Shown: positions 1 to 12,093 of the stretch, in pieces
Layout of the letters: every line of letters starts with the position of its first letter
Numbering within the stretch: the first letter of the stretch is position 1
DNA from: Flectonema sp. DT1601
Lineage: Eukaryota
Length of the DNA: 64,000 nt
NCBI GenBank assembly: GCA_964019425.1
Contig: OZ025784.1
Span: 1,302,001 to 1,366,000, forward strand
Direction: 5' to 3'
The notes under the pieces: model-generated
Seen by the model: the letters and a program-made list of their open reading frames with translations, nothing else
The model's database searches: none
Told to the model about the DNA's origin: nothing
Program-made: the position numbers and the translations under genes

Positions 1-643
1 CATTTCTTTTCTTATATTCTTTTCTTTTCAATCTTGTTCCTTCACACGCGGTTGTTCGAGCGGTTGTGAACCACCTTGGGTCTCTTACGGTCTCCAAGCT
101 ACTGTTGTGCGAAGAAACAAATCTGTTGGTGCGGTGGCCTTCCGACGCCACCTGGACCGCAACTCGTTCACAGTGCCCTACCCGGTTCTCCACCGGACCG
201 CCTGAGCGACGGGATCCATGGGATTCAAACCCCTAAACACTGGTTAATTTTTTTTTTTTAGAGTCGCTCACACTCTGGGTAGGTCCTTTCCGTTTTTCCC
301 TGGAGATTCTCTTGGTTTTGCCCCCCCACTTTGATACCTTTGCTGTGTTGCTGTCAGATGACGACTCCGATACAGAATCCATCATCATCAGACTTTCATA
401 GGACGCCGAACTTGTATCAATTTCAACAGGCACACGAAACTTCTTGTTAGGTGGTAAAATTTCGATTATTAGTTTTGAATTTCATGAATGAAAACACAGC
501 GAACCACGCCATCCCACCCAAGATTCGTCGCGAAACGGCCTCGATTACACCCCCCCTGGGTAGCGTTAGCCGGGTTTTCCCCTTAGCGAAAATAAAATTT
601 CAAAATAACCACTGTAGTGGACCCCCCGTCCTTAATGGGTTAA
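1..643 (-). mobile_element. Possible piggyBac-like element terminus; element would extend beyond the window start
   Basis: Minus strand reads TTAA-CCCATTAAGGAC from 643 downward, the TTAA+CCC terminus typical of piggyBac. A short Ser/acidic ORF (233-433, minus) follows. The other end and any catalytic core are not in the window. Confidence 0.3.
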
Positions 644-731
644 AAAAAAAAATACACAAACCTGACTATCGTTATTAGATATATAACTTTCAACGCAGGT
701 CGTCTTATTCATAAATACAGAACAGTCATCC

Positions 732-3700
732 ACGGTGGCATTACCACAATTCTGTGCAGTCACCAACAATGTCATAAGGACAACCGACAACATGTTTTAA
801 CTCCCTTATGTATTTCTAACAAACGAGAAAAAGCTTTAAAAAAAACTTATAATTTATAAACATCACTGCAGGATCAATTTCCCAAAACATTTACACATCT
901 GTAGAAAGGAGTGTTGTTTATGAGAATGAAGATTCAGTTGCTGTTTTAAAGAGCAGAGAGTCAAGTCAAAAGAAATATAAAAAATCAAAATGACCCGAAA
1001 TAAACACTCGAGTAAACAAATATGGTGCCGGTTTCGGCTGAGGCGTTTTGCGTAATTGGAAATACAAAAACGCTAATAAGCTAAAGAAAAAAAAACGAAA
1101 AAAAAATAAAATATTGTAATTCAATCTTATAATAAACTAAGGAGAGCATGTCATTTGAGGGGGTCTGAAGATGTAACTTCCACCGCTCACGGTATGCAAA
1201 AACGAAGATTCACCAGCATGCTTAAGACTGTAGAGAGTACTACATCATCCTGTTCTTTGACTCTCACTTCCTCAAAGTGAGTGAGCAATAGCAATGCTGT
1301 ATAACAGAACGGATACAAAACAAACACGGAAAACACTGTGTCACGTGAGCGCTTAGTGGTATCAGTGGGTCTACCCACCACACTAATAGAGACACTAGGC
1401 AAGCAGAGGACTGGTTCGATTTACTTTGCAACAAACTGTGAACGGTTGAAATGATATCTTCAGACTCCCTCCAATGGTAAGTTCTTATAAACTAATAATG
1501 GTTTTTGTTTGTGTCACAAACAATGTAATTTAGATGAGCTAGAAAGGATTACATGTGGTGTTGATGTTATTTTACCTCACACAAGGTAAAGGTTGTTATA
1601 TTTTATATTTAAAAAAAGAAAATGGGGAAAAAAAAATTCAAGTTGAAATAGTTCTCAAATTCAATCAAATTTAATTGTGAAAATTGTAGTTTTATAACTT
1701 CCGCTAAAAGTGATCGAACATGTTGAAAACAATAAAAGAAAAAAAAAAGGGGGAATGATCTGGGAATGGGGGACAAAATTAATATCAAAGTACTTGACTG
1801 AAATAAATATTTGTAGTTGTTAATCAAAAGAAAGATTACGTTTAGAAAAAAGAAAACACAAAAAGGGACGATTATATTTTTTTGTCCGGAGTGGGGGGTG
1901 AAGTGAAAAAAATAAAACATCTTTCTTTATAATACGACCATGTGTGCCAAATGCCCACATACCACGAAAGAAAATAGAAACCCCGGAACAGTACCGAGGA
2001 TCGTTCACCCCCAGTTGTCCAAAGCATTATAATTGTACTGTGGGCTTACCGAGAAAGGTACCACAAAAATTAGGCAGCATATAGCCATATCACTCAGGCA
2101 AGATGACAGTCACTTTATGGTCATAACTGCGCCGGACCAAAATAGAATAAATTGAATGTTTAAATCCTTCGGAGACACAAGGCTATCACATATTATAAAG
2201 GTTTACATACCCCAAGAGTCAAGCTGCTCTTTCGCAGCCATTCCTACGGCATTCCATTCCTCTTTAGAAATTGCTTTTGTAAGGTCATCGTAGGGCTCAT
2301 ACAAAGCTTCGATCTGACGTGGGAATTTGTTGTCCCGCATGTCGACCAGCTTCCCCAAAGATTTACGTAACACGGTAAGAACATTTACTCTTTTGTTAAC
2401 TGCACAGGTTTCCTTGCAGCACCCGACTACGAGACAAGTGATCGCGGCACCCTTCAGGGATTTAGACAGGCCTCTGTTTCTGTTTGGATACAAGTACTTC
2501 CAGGCCTTAAGGAGTACTACCACTTTCTCAATGTCAGGGTAGGTTTTTCGAATGTCTTCCCACCATTTCAGTTCAGCTTGGGTCAGAGAAGCAGAGATTT
2601 CGTTGCCAGACTGAACGGCGATGGAGATATCGAAATTGTGATTTTTGTACTTCACTGCGATGATGTCAGCTCCCTTTTTAACATTGTCATAAACGACAAG
2701 GAACTCGGAAATGTTTTTTAACTTCTTAGCTAGCTCACTCTGCTTCGTGGTAGTATCACAGCTGACAACAAGATCAACGTCAGACCCCATAACAGATGTG
2801 TGCATCGCTTGAGAACCCGACACAACAACACAAGTTTGTTGCATACCTACTTTTGATGCTTCTCTTTCGATCACTTCTTTAACTTCCTGCACAAGTACAC
2901 CAGCTGTCTTGCTACAGAACCAGGTGTACTCGCGATCTACTTCAACGCTCAGAGTTGATCGGTGAAGAAGCAGCTCAAGGAGATTGTCAACCTGTTCTTG
3001 TGTCTGTGATTTATTCGGGACTTTCGGAGTCCCTACACTTATAGCCCTCCTTGCTAACCAACAGCCTGCTATTATCCGCAGTGACTCCTTAACGTCCTCA
3101 GTTTTTGTTGGCACAAATAAACGAAAACTCTCAATACCCCCCAGCAAAGCCAGTTTATCGGAAAACTTGCCGAGGCTGCAGTCAATGTTCACGTAGGAGT
3201 CACTCGTATTTGTCCTACCTGCTTCAATCGCTAGTTGGATGAGTTTTGCATAATTTTGTTGCTTTTCGGAGTTGCCTTCAGATACTTTTCCTTCGATGCA
3301 TGGAAAGACATGCTTCTCCAATACGTCGTAGCAGCGTTGTTCGCCTGTATCCTTGCGACCAGCCTTGAAAACTGCGCCTATCAAAGCTGTCAACTGATTA
3401 CCCTCGACGTCTTTTAGGACGTAATCACACATTTCTGTAAAACAGTCAACGAAATGATGGATCGATCGTTTAGAGTTACGCGGTTGAAATACAATAGTAA
3501 CCGCACAAATATACCACGCAATGATCTCTTGCTTGGCCTTGGGTGATGCATCTTTGTACTTCAAATCGACGTGCTTTGCTGCCGCTAACCTCAATTGTTT
3601 CCTGCCCAGTTCAACCAGAGCATCGAATGATACGAAACCTTCTAAACAAGGAAGAGGTTTCTGTTCATCTTCCGAAAGGAACACACGCAACCAATAGTGA

Positions 3701-4130
3701 TTGTACGTCGGTTCGAATTGAAAGATCTCCGAGAAAGTTTTTGACGCACTTACTCGCTTGCTTCTGCATTCTCTATTCTTACACGGCATAGTGTGTGCAG
3801 TAATCTGTGACAGTAAGGTTAGAATAATTAATTACCTCTTTTAAGAATACCTCCAACAACTCAACACCCAGAGGACAATAAGTGTGCTGTGAAAAGAAGA
3901 TTGCCTCACCTAAATAATGATATGTCAATGTGAAGAAAGTGAATGATACAACACGACACATTCCTTCCCTCTTTTATCGGAAGTGTTTCTTTTGTAATGA
4001 AAAGAAAAGGGAATGTTATTTATTTTATATAAAAATTGCGTGTTAAACAGAACAAATATTGTCGTGGCTGCAGGGTTGTTTCCTAAAATACGAGATTCCT
4101 TCACTTCATCGTGTAAAGGATATTCTTTAC
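732..4130. repeat. Tandem segmental duplication, copy 1 (carries the short NTase gene)
   Basis: Near-identical to 4484-8583, from ACGGTGGCATT...CACCAACAATGTCATAAGGA through ...CATCGTGT(A/G)AAGGATATTCTTTAC. Confidence 0.9.
2203..3789 (-). CDS. Pol-beta-fold nucleotidyltransferase, OAS/CD-NTase-like, 528 aa (short paralog)
   Basis: Motifs VVVSGSQAMHTSVMGSDVDLVV (hGS...DxD), third Asp in NFDISIA, helix EKVVVLLKAWK, and C-terminal EEWNAVGMAAKEQL resembling the end of the OAS C-lobe. Lacks ~235 aa present in the paralog. Confidence 0.75.
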   Translation of the reverse strand: MPCKNRECRSKRVSASKTFSEIFQFEPTYNHYWLRVFLSEDEQKPLPCLEGFVSFDALVELGRKQLRLAAAKHVDLKYKDASPKAKQEIIAWYICAVTIVFQPRNSKRSIHHFVDCFTEMCDYVLKDVEGNQLTALIGAVFKAGRKDTGEQRCYDVLEKHVFPCIEGKVSEGNSEKQQNYAKLIQLAIEAGRTNTSDSYVNIDCSLGKFSDKLALLGGIESFRLFVPTKTEDVKESLRIIAGCWLARRAISVGTPKVPNKSQTQEQVDNLLELLLHRSTLSVEVDREYTWFCSKTAGVLVQEVKEVIEREASKVGMQQTCVVVSGSQAMHTSVMGSDVDLVVSCDTTTKQSELAKKLKNISEFLVVYDNVKKGADIIAVKYKNHNFDISIAVQSGNEISASLTQAELKWWEDIRKTYPDIEKVVVLLKAWKYLYPNRNRGLSKSLKGAAITCLVVGCCKETCAVNKRVNVLTVLRKSLGKLVDMRDNKFPRQIEALYEPYDDLTKAISKEEWNAVGMAAKEQLDSWGM

Positions 4131-4483
4131 CATATGCAACTCTCGGAGGCAAACAATCCGAAACCTTCCAAGGATATTGATTGATACTGAAGAGAGAAAA
4201 AGAATTATCACTTTCAGCGAACAGCGAAAAAAGAAATTTTTCTTTTACTGAATAGCGAAAATGGAATTATTGGAACCCCACCAATAGCGAAAATCTCAAA
4301 AAAATTACATACCATAGTCCCTGTATGCCTTGTTCCACCAATGCCTAAAAATTGTTACGAAGTACGATGCGAAAGTTATTCCTATTTTGACCCCGTCAGA
4401 CGAACCTCCATCTGATGGAGATGGAGTTACCGGAGCCAAAGTTGGTGGGGCAGGTGTTGGAGCGACGTCACACACTGTCTTCT

Positions 4484-7400
4484 ACGGTGGCATTTCCATA
4501 ATTCTGTGCAGTCACCAACAATGTCATAAGGATAACCGACAGCATGTTTTAACTCGCTTATGTATTTCTAACAAACGAGAAAAAGCTTAAAAAAAAACTT
4601 ATAATTTATAAACATCACTGCAGGATCAATTTCCCAAAACATTCACACATCTGTAGAAAGGAGTGTTGTTTATGAGAATGAAGATTCAGTTGCTGTTTAA
4701 AGAGCAGAGAGTCAAGTCAAAAGAAATATAAAAAATCAAAATGACCCGAAATAAACACTCGAGTAAACAAATATGTTGCCGCCGTGAACTGGCTTCAACT
4801 GAGGCCTAAAAGAAACCTAATAGGACCGTTTTGCGTAATTGGAAAAACAAAGACGCTACACTAATAAACTAAGGAGAGCATGTCATTTGAGGGGTCTGAA
4901 GATGTAACTTCCACCGCTCACGGTATGCAAAGATGAAGATTCACCAGCATGCTTAAGACTGTAGAGAGTACTACATCATCCTGTTCTTTGACTCTCACTT
5001 CCTCAAAGTGAGTGAGCAATAGCAATGCTGTATAACAGAACGGATACAAAACAAACACGGAAAACACTGTGTCACGTGAGCGTTTGGGTGTTGCATCAGT
5101 GGGTCTACCCACCACACTAATAGAGACACTAGGCAAGCAGAGGACTGGTTCGATTTACTTTGCAACAAACTGTGAAACGGTTGAAATGATATCTTCAGAC
5201 TCCCTCCAATGGTAAGTTCTTATAAACTAATAATGGTTTTGTTTGTGTCACAAACAATGTAATTTAGATGAGCTAGAAAGGATTACATGTGGTGTTGATG
5301 TTATTTTACCTCACACAAGGTAAAGGTTGTTATATTTTATATTTAAAAAAAGAAAATGGAAAAAAAAAATTCAAGTTGAAATAGTTCTCAAATTCAATCA
5401 AATTTAATTGTGAAAATTGTAGTTTTATAACTTCCGCTAAAAGTGATCGAACAGGTTGAAAACAATAAAAGAGAAAAAAAAGGGGGAATGATCTGGGAAT
5501 GGGGGACAAAATTAATATCAAAGTACTTGACTGAAATAAATATTTGTAGTTGTTAATCAAAAGAAAGATTACGTTTAGAAAAAAGAAAACATAAAAAGGG
5601 ACAATTATATTTTTTTGTTCGGGAGTGGGGGGTGAAGTGAAAAAAATAAAACATCTTTCTTTATAATACGACCATGTGTGCCAAATGCCCACACTCCACG
5701 AGAGAAAATAGAAAACCCCCGGAACAGTACCGAGGATCGTTCACCCCCAGTTGTCCAAAGCATTATAATTGTACTGTGGGCTTACCGAGAAAGGTACCAC
5801 AAAAATTGGGCAGCATATAGCCATATCACTCAGGCAAGATGACAGTCACTTTATGGTCATAACTGCGCCGGACCCAAAATAGAATAAATTGAATGTTCAA
5901 ATCCTTCGGAGACACAAGGCTATCACATATTATAAAGGTTTACATACCCCAAGAGTCAAGCTGCTCTTTCGCAGCCATTCCTACGGCATTCCATTCCTTT
6001 TTAGACATTGCTTTTGTAAGGTCATCGTAGGGCTCATACAAAGCTTTGATCTGACGTGGGAATTTGTTGTCCTGCATGTCGACCAGCTTCCCCAAAGATT
6101 TACGTAACACGGTAAGAACATTTACTCTTTTGTTAACTGCACAGGTTTCCTTGCAGCACCCGACTACGAGACAAGTGATCGCGGCACCCTTCAGGGATTT
6201 AGACAGGCCTTTGTTTCTGTTTGGATTCAGGTTCTTCCAGGCCTTAAGGAGTACTACCACTTTCTCAATGTCAGGGTAGGTTTTTCGAATGTCTTCCCAC
6301 CATTTCAGTTCAGCTTGGGTCAGGGAAGCAGAGATTTCGTTGCCCGACTGAACGGCGATGGAGATATCGAAATTGTGATGTTTGTACTTCACTGCGATGA
6401 TGTCAGCTCCCTTTTTAGTGTTGCTACTAACGAGAGAGAACTCGGAAATATTTTTTAACTTCTTAGCTAGCTCACTCTGCTTCGTGGTAGTATCACAGCT
6501 GACAACAAGATCAACGTCTGACTCCCTAACAGATGTGTGCATCGCTTGAGAACCCGACACAACAACACAAGTTTGTTGCATACCTACTTTTGATGCTTCT
6601 CTTTCGATCACTTCTTTAACTTCCTGCACAAGTACACCAGCTGTCTTGCTACAGAACCAGGTGTACTCGCGATCTACTTCAACGCTCAGAGTTGATCGGT
6701 GAAGAAGCAGCTCAAGGAGGTTGTCAACCTGTTCTCGTGACTGTGATTTATTCGGGACTTCCTCTTCAGATTCTTCCTCTTCAGATTCCTCCGAGTTACT
6801 CTTCTCTTGGAGAGCTTCTTTGAGACTTGTTACCTCTTGTTGCAGTGCATGTTTTTCTAATTGCAGTATTACTATTTGGTAATCACTCTCTGAAGTAACC
6901 CGTAGCTCCGTATCGAATGGGGAATAAATATACCCTCCATTATAATAATAACAATCATTTTTACTCTTCAGAAGTAACTTCCAACAATCGATGTTTTTGT
7001 TGTTAAAATCAAGAGCCTTCCGAAGAAATCCCCTCCTGGTGTTGGAGTCCACTTCTTCCGCCTGACGTACGTAAGCGATGGACACAAGCTCCTTGTCACG
7101 TAAGCTTAAGTTCTTCGGGACCTCTTTCAGCGAATCGCAGAACTGAATTGCTTTCTTAACCGCTTTCTCATCATTCGGGTTCTTTCGTAGGTCTTTCAGG
7201 GTGGCCTCGAGGTCGAGGAGATTTGCTTTTTGTAAGTACTCAGCGGATTTCGTGGAATATTCGTAGCTGGATCTGCATTCCTTCATGTATCGAGCAGCCT
7301 TTCGGTAATGTTCTGCAGTAGCCTGATTTGGAAACTTTTCCAACATTTCTTCCATTAAATCAACACGGGAATATTGCTTGCCAGAAACTTCAACCTTTCC

Positions 7401-8583
7401 GTAGTAGTCCAGTTTCAGAGCCAGGTTAGTATAACAATGTCTTGCTTTCTTGAGTTCTAAAGCCTTTACACTTATAGCTTTCCTTGTTAACAAGTTGCAC
7501 CTTATTATCCTCAGTGACCCACCAACGTCCTCAGTTTTTGTTGGCACGAATAAACGAAAACTCTCAATGCCCCCCAGCAAAGCCAGTTTATCGGAAAACT
7601 TGCCGAGGCTGCAGTCAATGTCCACGTAGGAGTCACTCGTATTTGTCCTACCTGCTTCAAACGCTAGTTGGATGATGTTTGCATAATTTTGTCGCATTTC
7701 GGAGTTGCCTTCAGATACTTTTCCTTCGATGCATGGAAAGACATGCTTCTCCAATACGTCGTAGCAGCGTTGTCCGCCTGTATCCTTGCGACCAGCCTTG
7801 AAAACTGCGCCTATCAAAGCTGTCAACTGATTACCCTCGACGTCTCCTAGGACGTAACTCCCGGAAGACCACCGACCGTTCCACATATCTGCAATGGTAG
7901 TGATAAAACGATGGATCGATGGTTTAAAGTTATGCAGTTGAAATACATAAGGAACTGCACAAATATACCACGCAATGATCTCTTGCTTGGCCTTGGGCGA
8001 TGCATCTTTGTACTTCAAATCGACGTACTTTGCTGCCGCTAACCTCAATTGTTTCCTGCCCAGTTCAATCAGAGTATCGAATGATGCGAAACTGTTTAAA
8101 CAAGGAAGAGGTTTCTGTTCATCTTCCGAAAGGAACACACGCATCAACAAGTGATTGTACGTCGGCTCGAATTGAAAGATCTCCGAGAAAGTCTGCGACG
8201 CTTCTTTTCGCTTGTATTTGCATTCTCTATTCGTACACGGCATAGTGTGTGCAGTAATCTGTGACAGTAAGGTTAGAATAATTAATTACCTCTTTTAAGA
8301 ATACCTCCAACAACTCAACACCCAGAGGACAATAAGTGTGCTGTGAAAAGAAGATTGCCTCACATAAATAATGATATGTCAATGTGAAGAAAGTGATGAT
8401 ACAACACGACACCATCCTTCCCTCTTTTATCGGAAGTGTTTCTTTTGTAATGAAAAGAAAAGGGAATGTTATTTATTTTATATAAAAATCGCATGTTAAA
8501 CAGAACAAATATTGTCGTGGCTGCAGGGGTGTTTCCTAAAATACGAGATTCCTTCACTTCATCGTGTGAAGGATATTCTTTAC
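4484..8583. repeat. Tandem segmental duplication, copy 2 (carries the long NTase gene)
   Basis: Near-identical to 732-4130 plus ~0.7 kb extra inside the ORF. Confidence 0.9.
5940..8243 (-). CDS. Pol-beta-fold nucleotidyltransferase, OAS/CD-NTase-like, with helical (TPR-like) middle region, 767 aa
   Basis: Same catalytic motifs (SGSQAMHTSVRESDVDLVV; NFDISIA; LLKAWK). The extra segment has TPR-like helices (AEHYRKAARY, AEYLQKANLLD, FLRKALDFNNKNIDCW), a short coiled coil and an acidic linker. Confidence 0.78.
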   Translation of the reverse strand: MPCTNRECKYKRKEASQTFSEIFQFEPTYNHLLMRVFLSEDEQKPLPCLNSFASFDTLIELGRKQLRLAAAKYVDLKYKDASPKAKQEIIAWYICAVPYVFQLHNFKPSIHRFITTIADMWNGRWSSGSYVLGDVEGNQLTALIGAVFKAGRKDTGGQRCYDVLEKHVFPCIEGKVSEGNSEMRQNYANIIQLAFEAGRTNTSDSYVDIDCSLGKFSDKLALLGGIESFRLFVPTKTEDVGGSLRIIRCNLLTRKAISVKALELKKARHCYTNLALKLDYYGKVEVSGKQYSRVDLMEEMLEKFPNQATAEHYRKAARYMKECRSSYEYSTKSAEYLQKANLLDLEATLKDLRKNPNDEKAVKKAIQFCDSLKEVPKNLSLRDKELVSIAYVRQAEEVDSNTRRGFLRKALDFNNKNIDCWKLLLKSKNDCYYYNGGYIYSPFDTELRVTSESDYQIVILQLEKHALQQEVTSLKEALQEKSNSEESEEEESEEEVPNKSQSREQVDNLLELLLHRSTLSVEVDREYTWFCSKTAGVLVQEVKEVIEREASKVGMQQTCVVVSGSQAMHTSVRESDVDLVVSCDTTTKQSELAKKLKNISEFSLVSSNTKKGADIIAVKYKHHNFDISIAVQSGNEISASLTQAELKWWEDIRKTYPDIEKVVVLLKAWKNLNPNRNKGLSKSLKGAAITCLVVGCCKETCAVNKRVNVLTVLRKSLGKLVDMQDNKFPRQIKALYEPYDDLTKAMSKKEWNAVGMAAKEQLDSWGM

Positions 8584-9300
8584 TATATAAATATTTCTTT
8601 GTATATAATTCGATTATATAAAGTGCAACAAATGCTAACTGGTAGCGCTAGCACATTTGGTTCTGAGTTCGTGTTTTGGTTGTTTTTTTTGTTTTTTTTG
8701 TTTTTTCCCTCCTAGTTTACTAGGCCTTGCAATATCTGCTGATTAATTGAAATTCGAATCCTCCTCTCGGAACACACACACACACACAAATTAGGGAGGG
8801 GGGAAAAAAAAGGCGAAAAAAAAAACATAGAACAGTCAAGCCTTGTTATTATATTTCTACAAGGGGTAAGTGGCAAGGTAACTTGATGCCGCAATCGAAC
8901 AGGAGGATGATAGGGGGGAAAAAAAAAAAAAAAAAAAAAAAAAAAACACAAGTTTCAAAAGTAGCTTATTGTATCAGCTTTCACATCAAGCACATGTAAT
9001 GTGATCGAATTACGTAAAATAAGAAGGTTCCAAGTATAATAATTTTTTTTTTTTTTTTTTTTTCCCACAAACTGTACAGCTCCTTTTGGTCAATTAAAGT
9101 CACCCTCAACACGCCTTCAAAAATAAGAAACTAATCTATTTTGGGGGGGTTAACTGTTCGAGTTTGTACATAAAATACAAATGTATTGTATCATAAAAAC
9201 AACATAACGATAATTTAACATTAGTTCTGAGATACAGATGACTAAAGGTAATGTTAGTGTAGGTATACACTCTGCTGATTGACGTAAATACTTTACATTA

Positions 9301-9419
9301 CTGCAACTGGAAATATTACTGAGCTGAATAATTACTGCGGGGAAATATTGCTGAGGTTTTTTTGCAGATTTGGACTTTAGTGAGGTTTTTTTTCCACGCA
9401 GTAATATTTCCAGTTGCAG
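9301..9419. mobile_element. 119-bp MITE with TA flanks (Tc1/mariner-type)
   Basis: Perfect 21-bp terminal inverted repeats CTGCAACTGGAAATATTACTG / CAGTAATATTTCCAGTTGCAG, with TA on both sides. Confidence 0.65.
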
Positions 9420-10113
9420 TATAATAAATAAATCTAACTTAGCTGCATACACATCTCTTTTTCCGTGTTGTCATTCAGTGCAGTAAATAAGAAACTAATC
9501 TATTTTTTTTGGGGGGGACTTGGATGGGGGGAGGAGGTTACCTAATTAAACACAATACATAAAAAGCATATGGTATCACAATATAAGACTACAACGGATG
9601 AGCCAGCAAATATGTTCAGGAAATCACATTGAGAGAAAAATACTGAATTGAAGTTCTTTTATTTTTTTACTTATTTTGACTAAACAATACAGAATAACAA
9701 AGAGGAGGAAAGAGAAAAGCAAATTAAAGAGAGATATGGGAAGACGAGAACAGGAGAAAGAAAAAAAAAAAAGAAGAAAAAAAAGAGGGGGGAAAAAAAA
9801 AGAAGACAGCATAGCGCACTCATCTACACCTACTTCTGTTTTCTTTTTTTTTCTTTTTTTTCTTTTTTTTTTTTGTTTTCCTTAGAAAGATTTTTTTAAG
9901 GCTAACCTATCAGACTCAACACAGATGAAAAAAAATGGAGTTTAAAAAAAAGAGGGGAGAATGGGGGAAAAGCCAGAAAGAATAACTGCATGGGGAGGCT
10001 TTTTTTTTTTTTTCTTTTTTTTGCAGAGTGAATATCACCCAACAAAAGACGAAACAGCCTCCAAGACAGAATCAGATGGGAGTTGGGATTTTTTGAGTGA
10101 AATTATTAACAAA

Positions 10114-12093
10114 CTATCTGTTCATGAGGGGAGCTTCAAGCCCAACACCCATTTTATTATGAACATTAAGAGATCGTTGCAAATCAGATGGAAGGTAATA
10201 TGGTTTTTCCAATCCATTATTAATGTCTAAATCATGACAAAACGAAAGCAAAACAGCATCGACACAAACTGAGAACACAGATACGAAAATGCTCGCTATA
10301 ACATAAGCCACAATAGCGATGCATATTAAAGTGACAATGATGTCAGGTGTGTCGTCACCACCTCCTAAGATGTCTGCTTGTGTAATTAACGCCCATCCTG
10401 TGGCTACAGATAACGCCATTATTTGTAATTTTCCAAAAAACATGACCCAATCAGAAATAAAGTTAACAGCCATCACACAAAACGCATGCTTCAGCAGTAA
10501 AAACAAAGCCCGTCTCGCTCCGTTACAGAAATTATCTCCCGCCATAGCTGTCATAATGTAGGCATTTCTGTTGATAAATTTGATAACCCTCTCGAAGTAT
10601 GCAAGACAGCATTGTACGCAGCAATGAATACATCGAATAGCTCCTTGAATAGTTTCGTTGTCACTGAGGCTTCTCATTTGACCTTCCAATCTATTTAAGA
10701 CAAATCGTATCGTCTGAATGATCGCAACAATTAAAGATCCGACCATCAGTGTTCCCAAATGATATCTCAGAGTGAAATATAATCCTTTTGTTACTCCAGC
10801 TTGTGGACACTTTCTGTCTCCAGGATACGACCAATACCAAAATACTGCACAAAAAGCTATTGTTAAAAACCCAATTGCGTTTAATAAACCCATTGACCAA
10901 AAGAACATAAATACATTGAATATGTGTGCGTAGATTTGCCAATTATCAACTTGTAGAGCCTGAACAGTTATATCCAAAGTCTCATTTAACCCAGCGGTGA
11001 TGCTACTCTGGTCAGGATACACTGAAAGCTCTTGGTTCTGAACTTCTCCAATTGTTTGAATAAACAACGCCGTTGCCACATGAAATGCAAAGACAGGAAT
11101 AACCAACAATGTGATACAAGGCGGTATAGCAGTCATGGCTGGTAACGCCAAGGGTATTTTAGATGCTTCTTCTATAGTATCGCAAGCAATATTTATACTT
11201 TTGCAGAAGAAAATACAAAGACAGGTGTACACACAAAACCAAATTCCAGTAGCAACAAGAAACACAAACCAGGTGCTCTTCGTAGTTCCTGATGCTCGAT
11301 TCCAATTATTGTAACAGATGTAAAGAGCAAAACCTGAGCCGACAAACAAAAGGAAGATAGAGGCAAAGACTGTCGGCTTAACAGTACGTCGCAGTATAAA
11401 AAGCCAAAGAAATGAAACGACAACGGCGACTACTGCGCAGCCGGCAATAACAGGCCACGAGCGTTCCAGTTCCGCGAAGGCTGCCTGAGCAGTCCCAGCG
11501 AGACCGAATATTTTTCCAACATTAGCGTGCAGCACATCACCAGCCGGGATGCATCTGTGAAAGAAGCCACCCGTTGGAAAGGGAAGACTAAACGATACTT
11601 TGGTATCTCCAAAATAGTCAGTCCCATCATACCAAGTAATCTTTTCATTTGCATCAAGGCATTTATGAGTACAAATACCCTGTTTTAGTGAATCTTTTAT
11701 AAGGTCTTCACAAGTTCTTCCTGATGTAGCAACCACAGCTTTTAAACAATTCTCCACTGAAGGGAGTGGGTACATTATGTATGAGAAGTCACTCCATTCT
11801 AAGAGCGTGCCATTAACTGATATTCCGATTGTAACAGAATCATTTAAAGTGTAACCACAGAGATTACCAAACCTATCCAGTCCATGAATTAGTCGTCTTG
11901 GATCACCCTGGTTATAAACTACAAAAGCCATTGCCATCATCCCGACCCACGCAGTTGCATACAACAAGAATCCACATATAAAATCAGTACATCCTCGCTT
12001 TGCATAAAGTCCGACTTCATTAGCCTCAGGGATGTTTTTTGGGTGGTACTTCTGACTCAGTTGGATTGATCGTTCTTCTTTATCAGCACCCAT
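10114..12093 (-). CDS. Choline transporter-like protein (CTL/SLC44 family), 659 aa
   Basis: Family motifs RGCTD, GDPRRLIHGLDRFGNLCG, RYHLGTLMVGSLIVA, KFINRNAYIMTA, FCNGARRAL, CVDAVLLSFCHD; about 10 hydrophobic segments. Start placed at the MGADKEE ATG (12093); the frame is open further upstream. Confidence 0.93.
   Translation of the reverse strand: MGADKEERSIQLSQKYHPKNIPEANEVGLYAKRGCTDFICGFLLYATAWVGMMAMAFVVYNQGDPRRLIHGLDRFGNLCGYTLNDSVTIGISVNGTLLEWSDFSYIMYPLPSVENCLKAVVATSGRTCEDLIKDSLKQGICTHKCLDANEKITWYDGTDYFGDTKVSFSLPFPTGGFFHRCIPAGDVLHANVGKIFGLAGTAQAAFAELERSWPVIAGCAVVAVVVSFLWLFILRRTVKPTVFASIFLLFVGSGFALYICYNNWNRASGTTKSTWFVFLVATGIWFCVYTCLCIFFCKSINIACDTIEEASKIPLALPAMTAIPPCITLLVIPVFAFHVATALFIQTIGEVQNQELSVYPDQSSITAGLNETLDITVQALQVDNWQIYAHIFNVFMFFWSMGLLNAIGFLTIAFCAVFWYWSYPGDRKCPQAGVTKGLYFTLRYHLGTLMVGSLIVAIIQTIRFVLNRLEGQMRSLSDNETIQGAIRCIHCCVQCCLAYFERVIKFINRNAYIMTAMAGDNFCNGARRALFLLLKHAFCVMAVNFISDWVMFFGKLQIMALSVATGWALITQADILGGGDDTPDIIVTLICIAIVAYVIASIFVSVFSVCVDAVLLSFCHDLDINNGLEKPYYLPSDLQRSLNVHNKMGVGLEAPLMNR

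Noticed and set aside
1187..1920. Short ORFs repeated at 4918-5692
   Set aside because: Low-complexity or short, no motifs, with indels between duplicates; probably downstream UTR or intergenic DNA.
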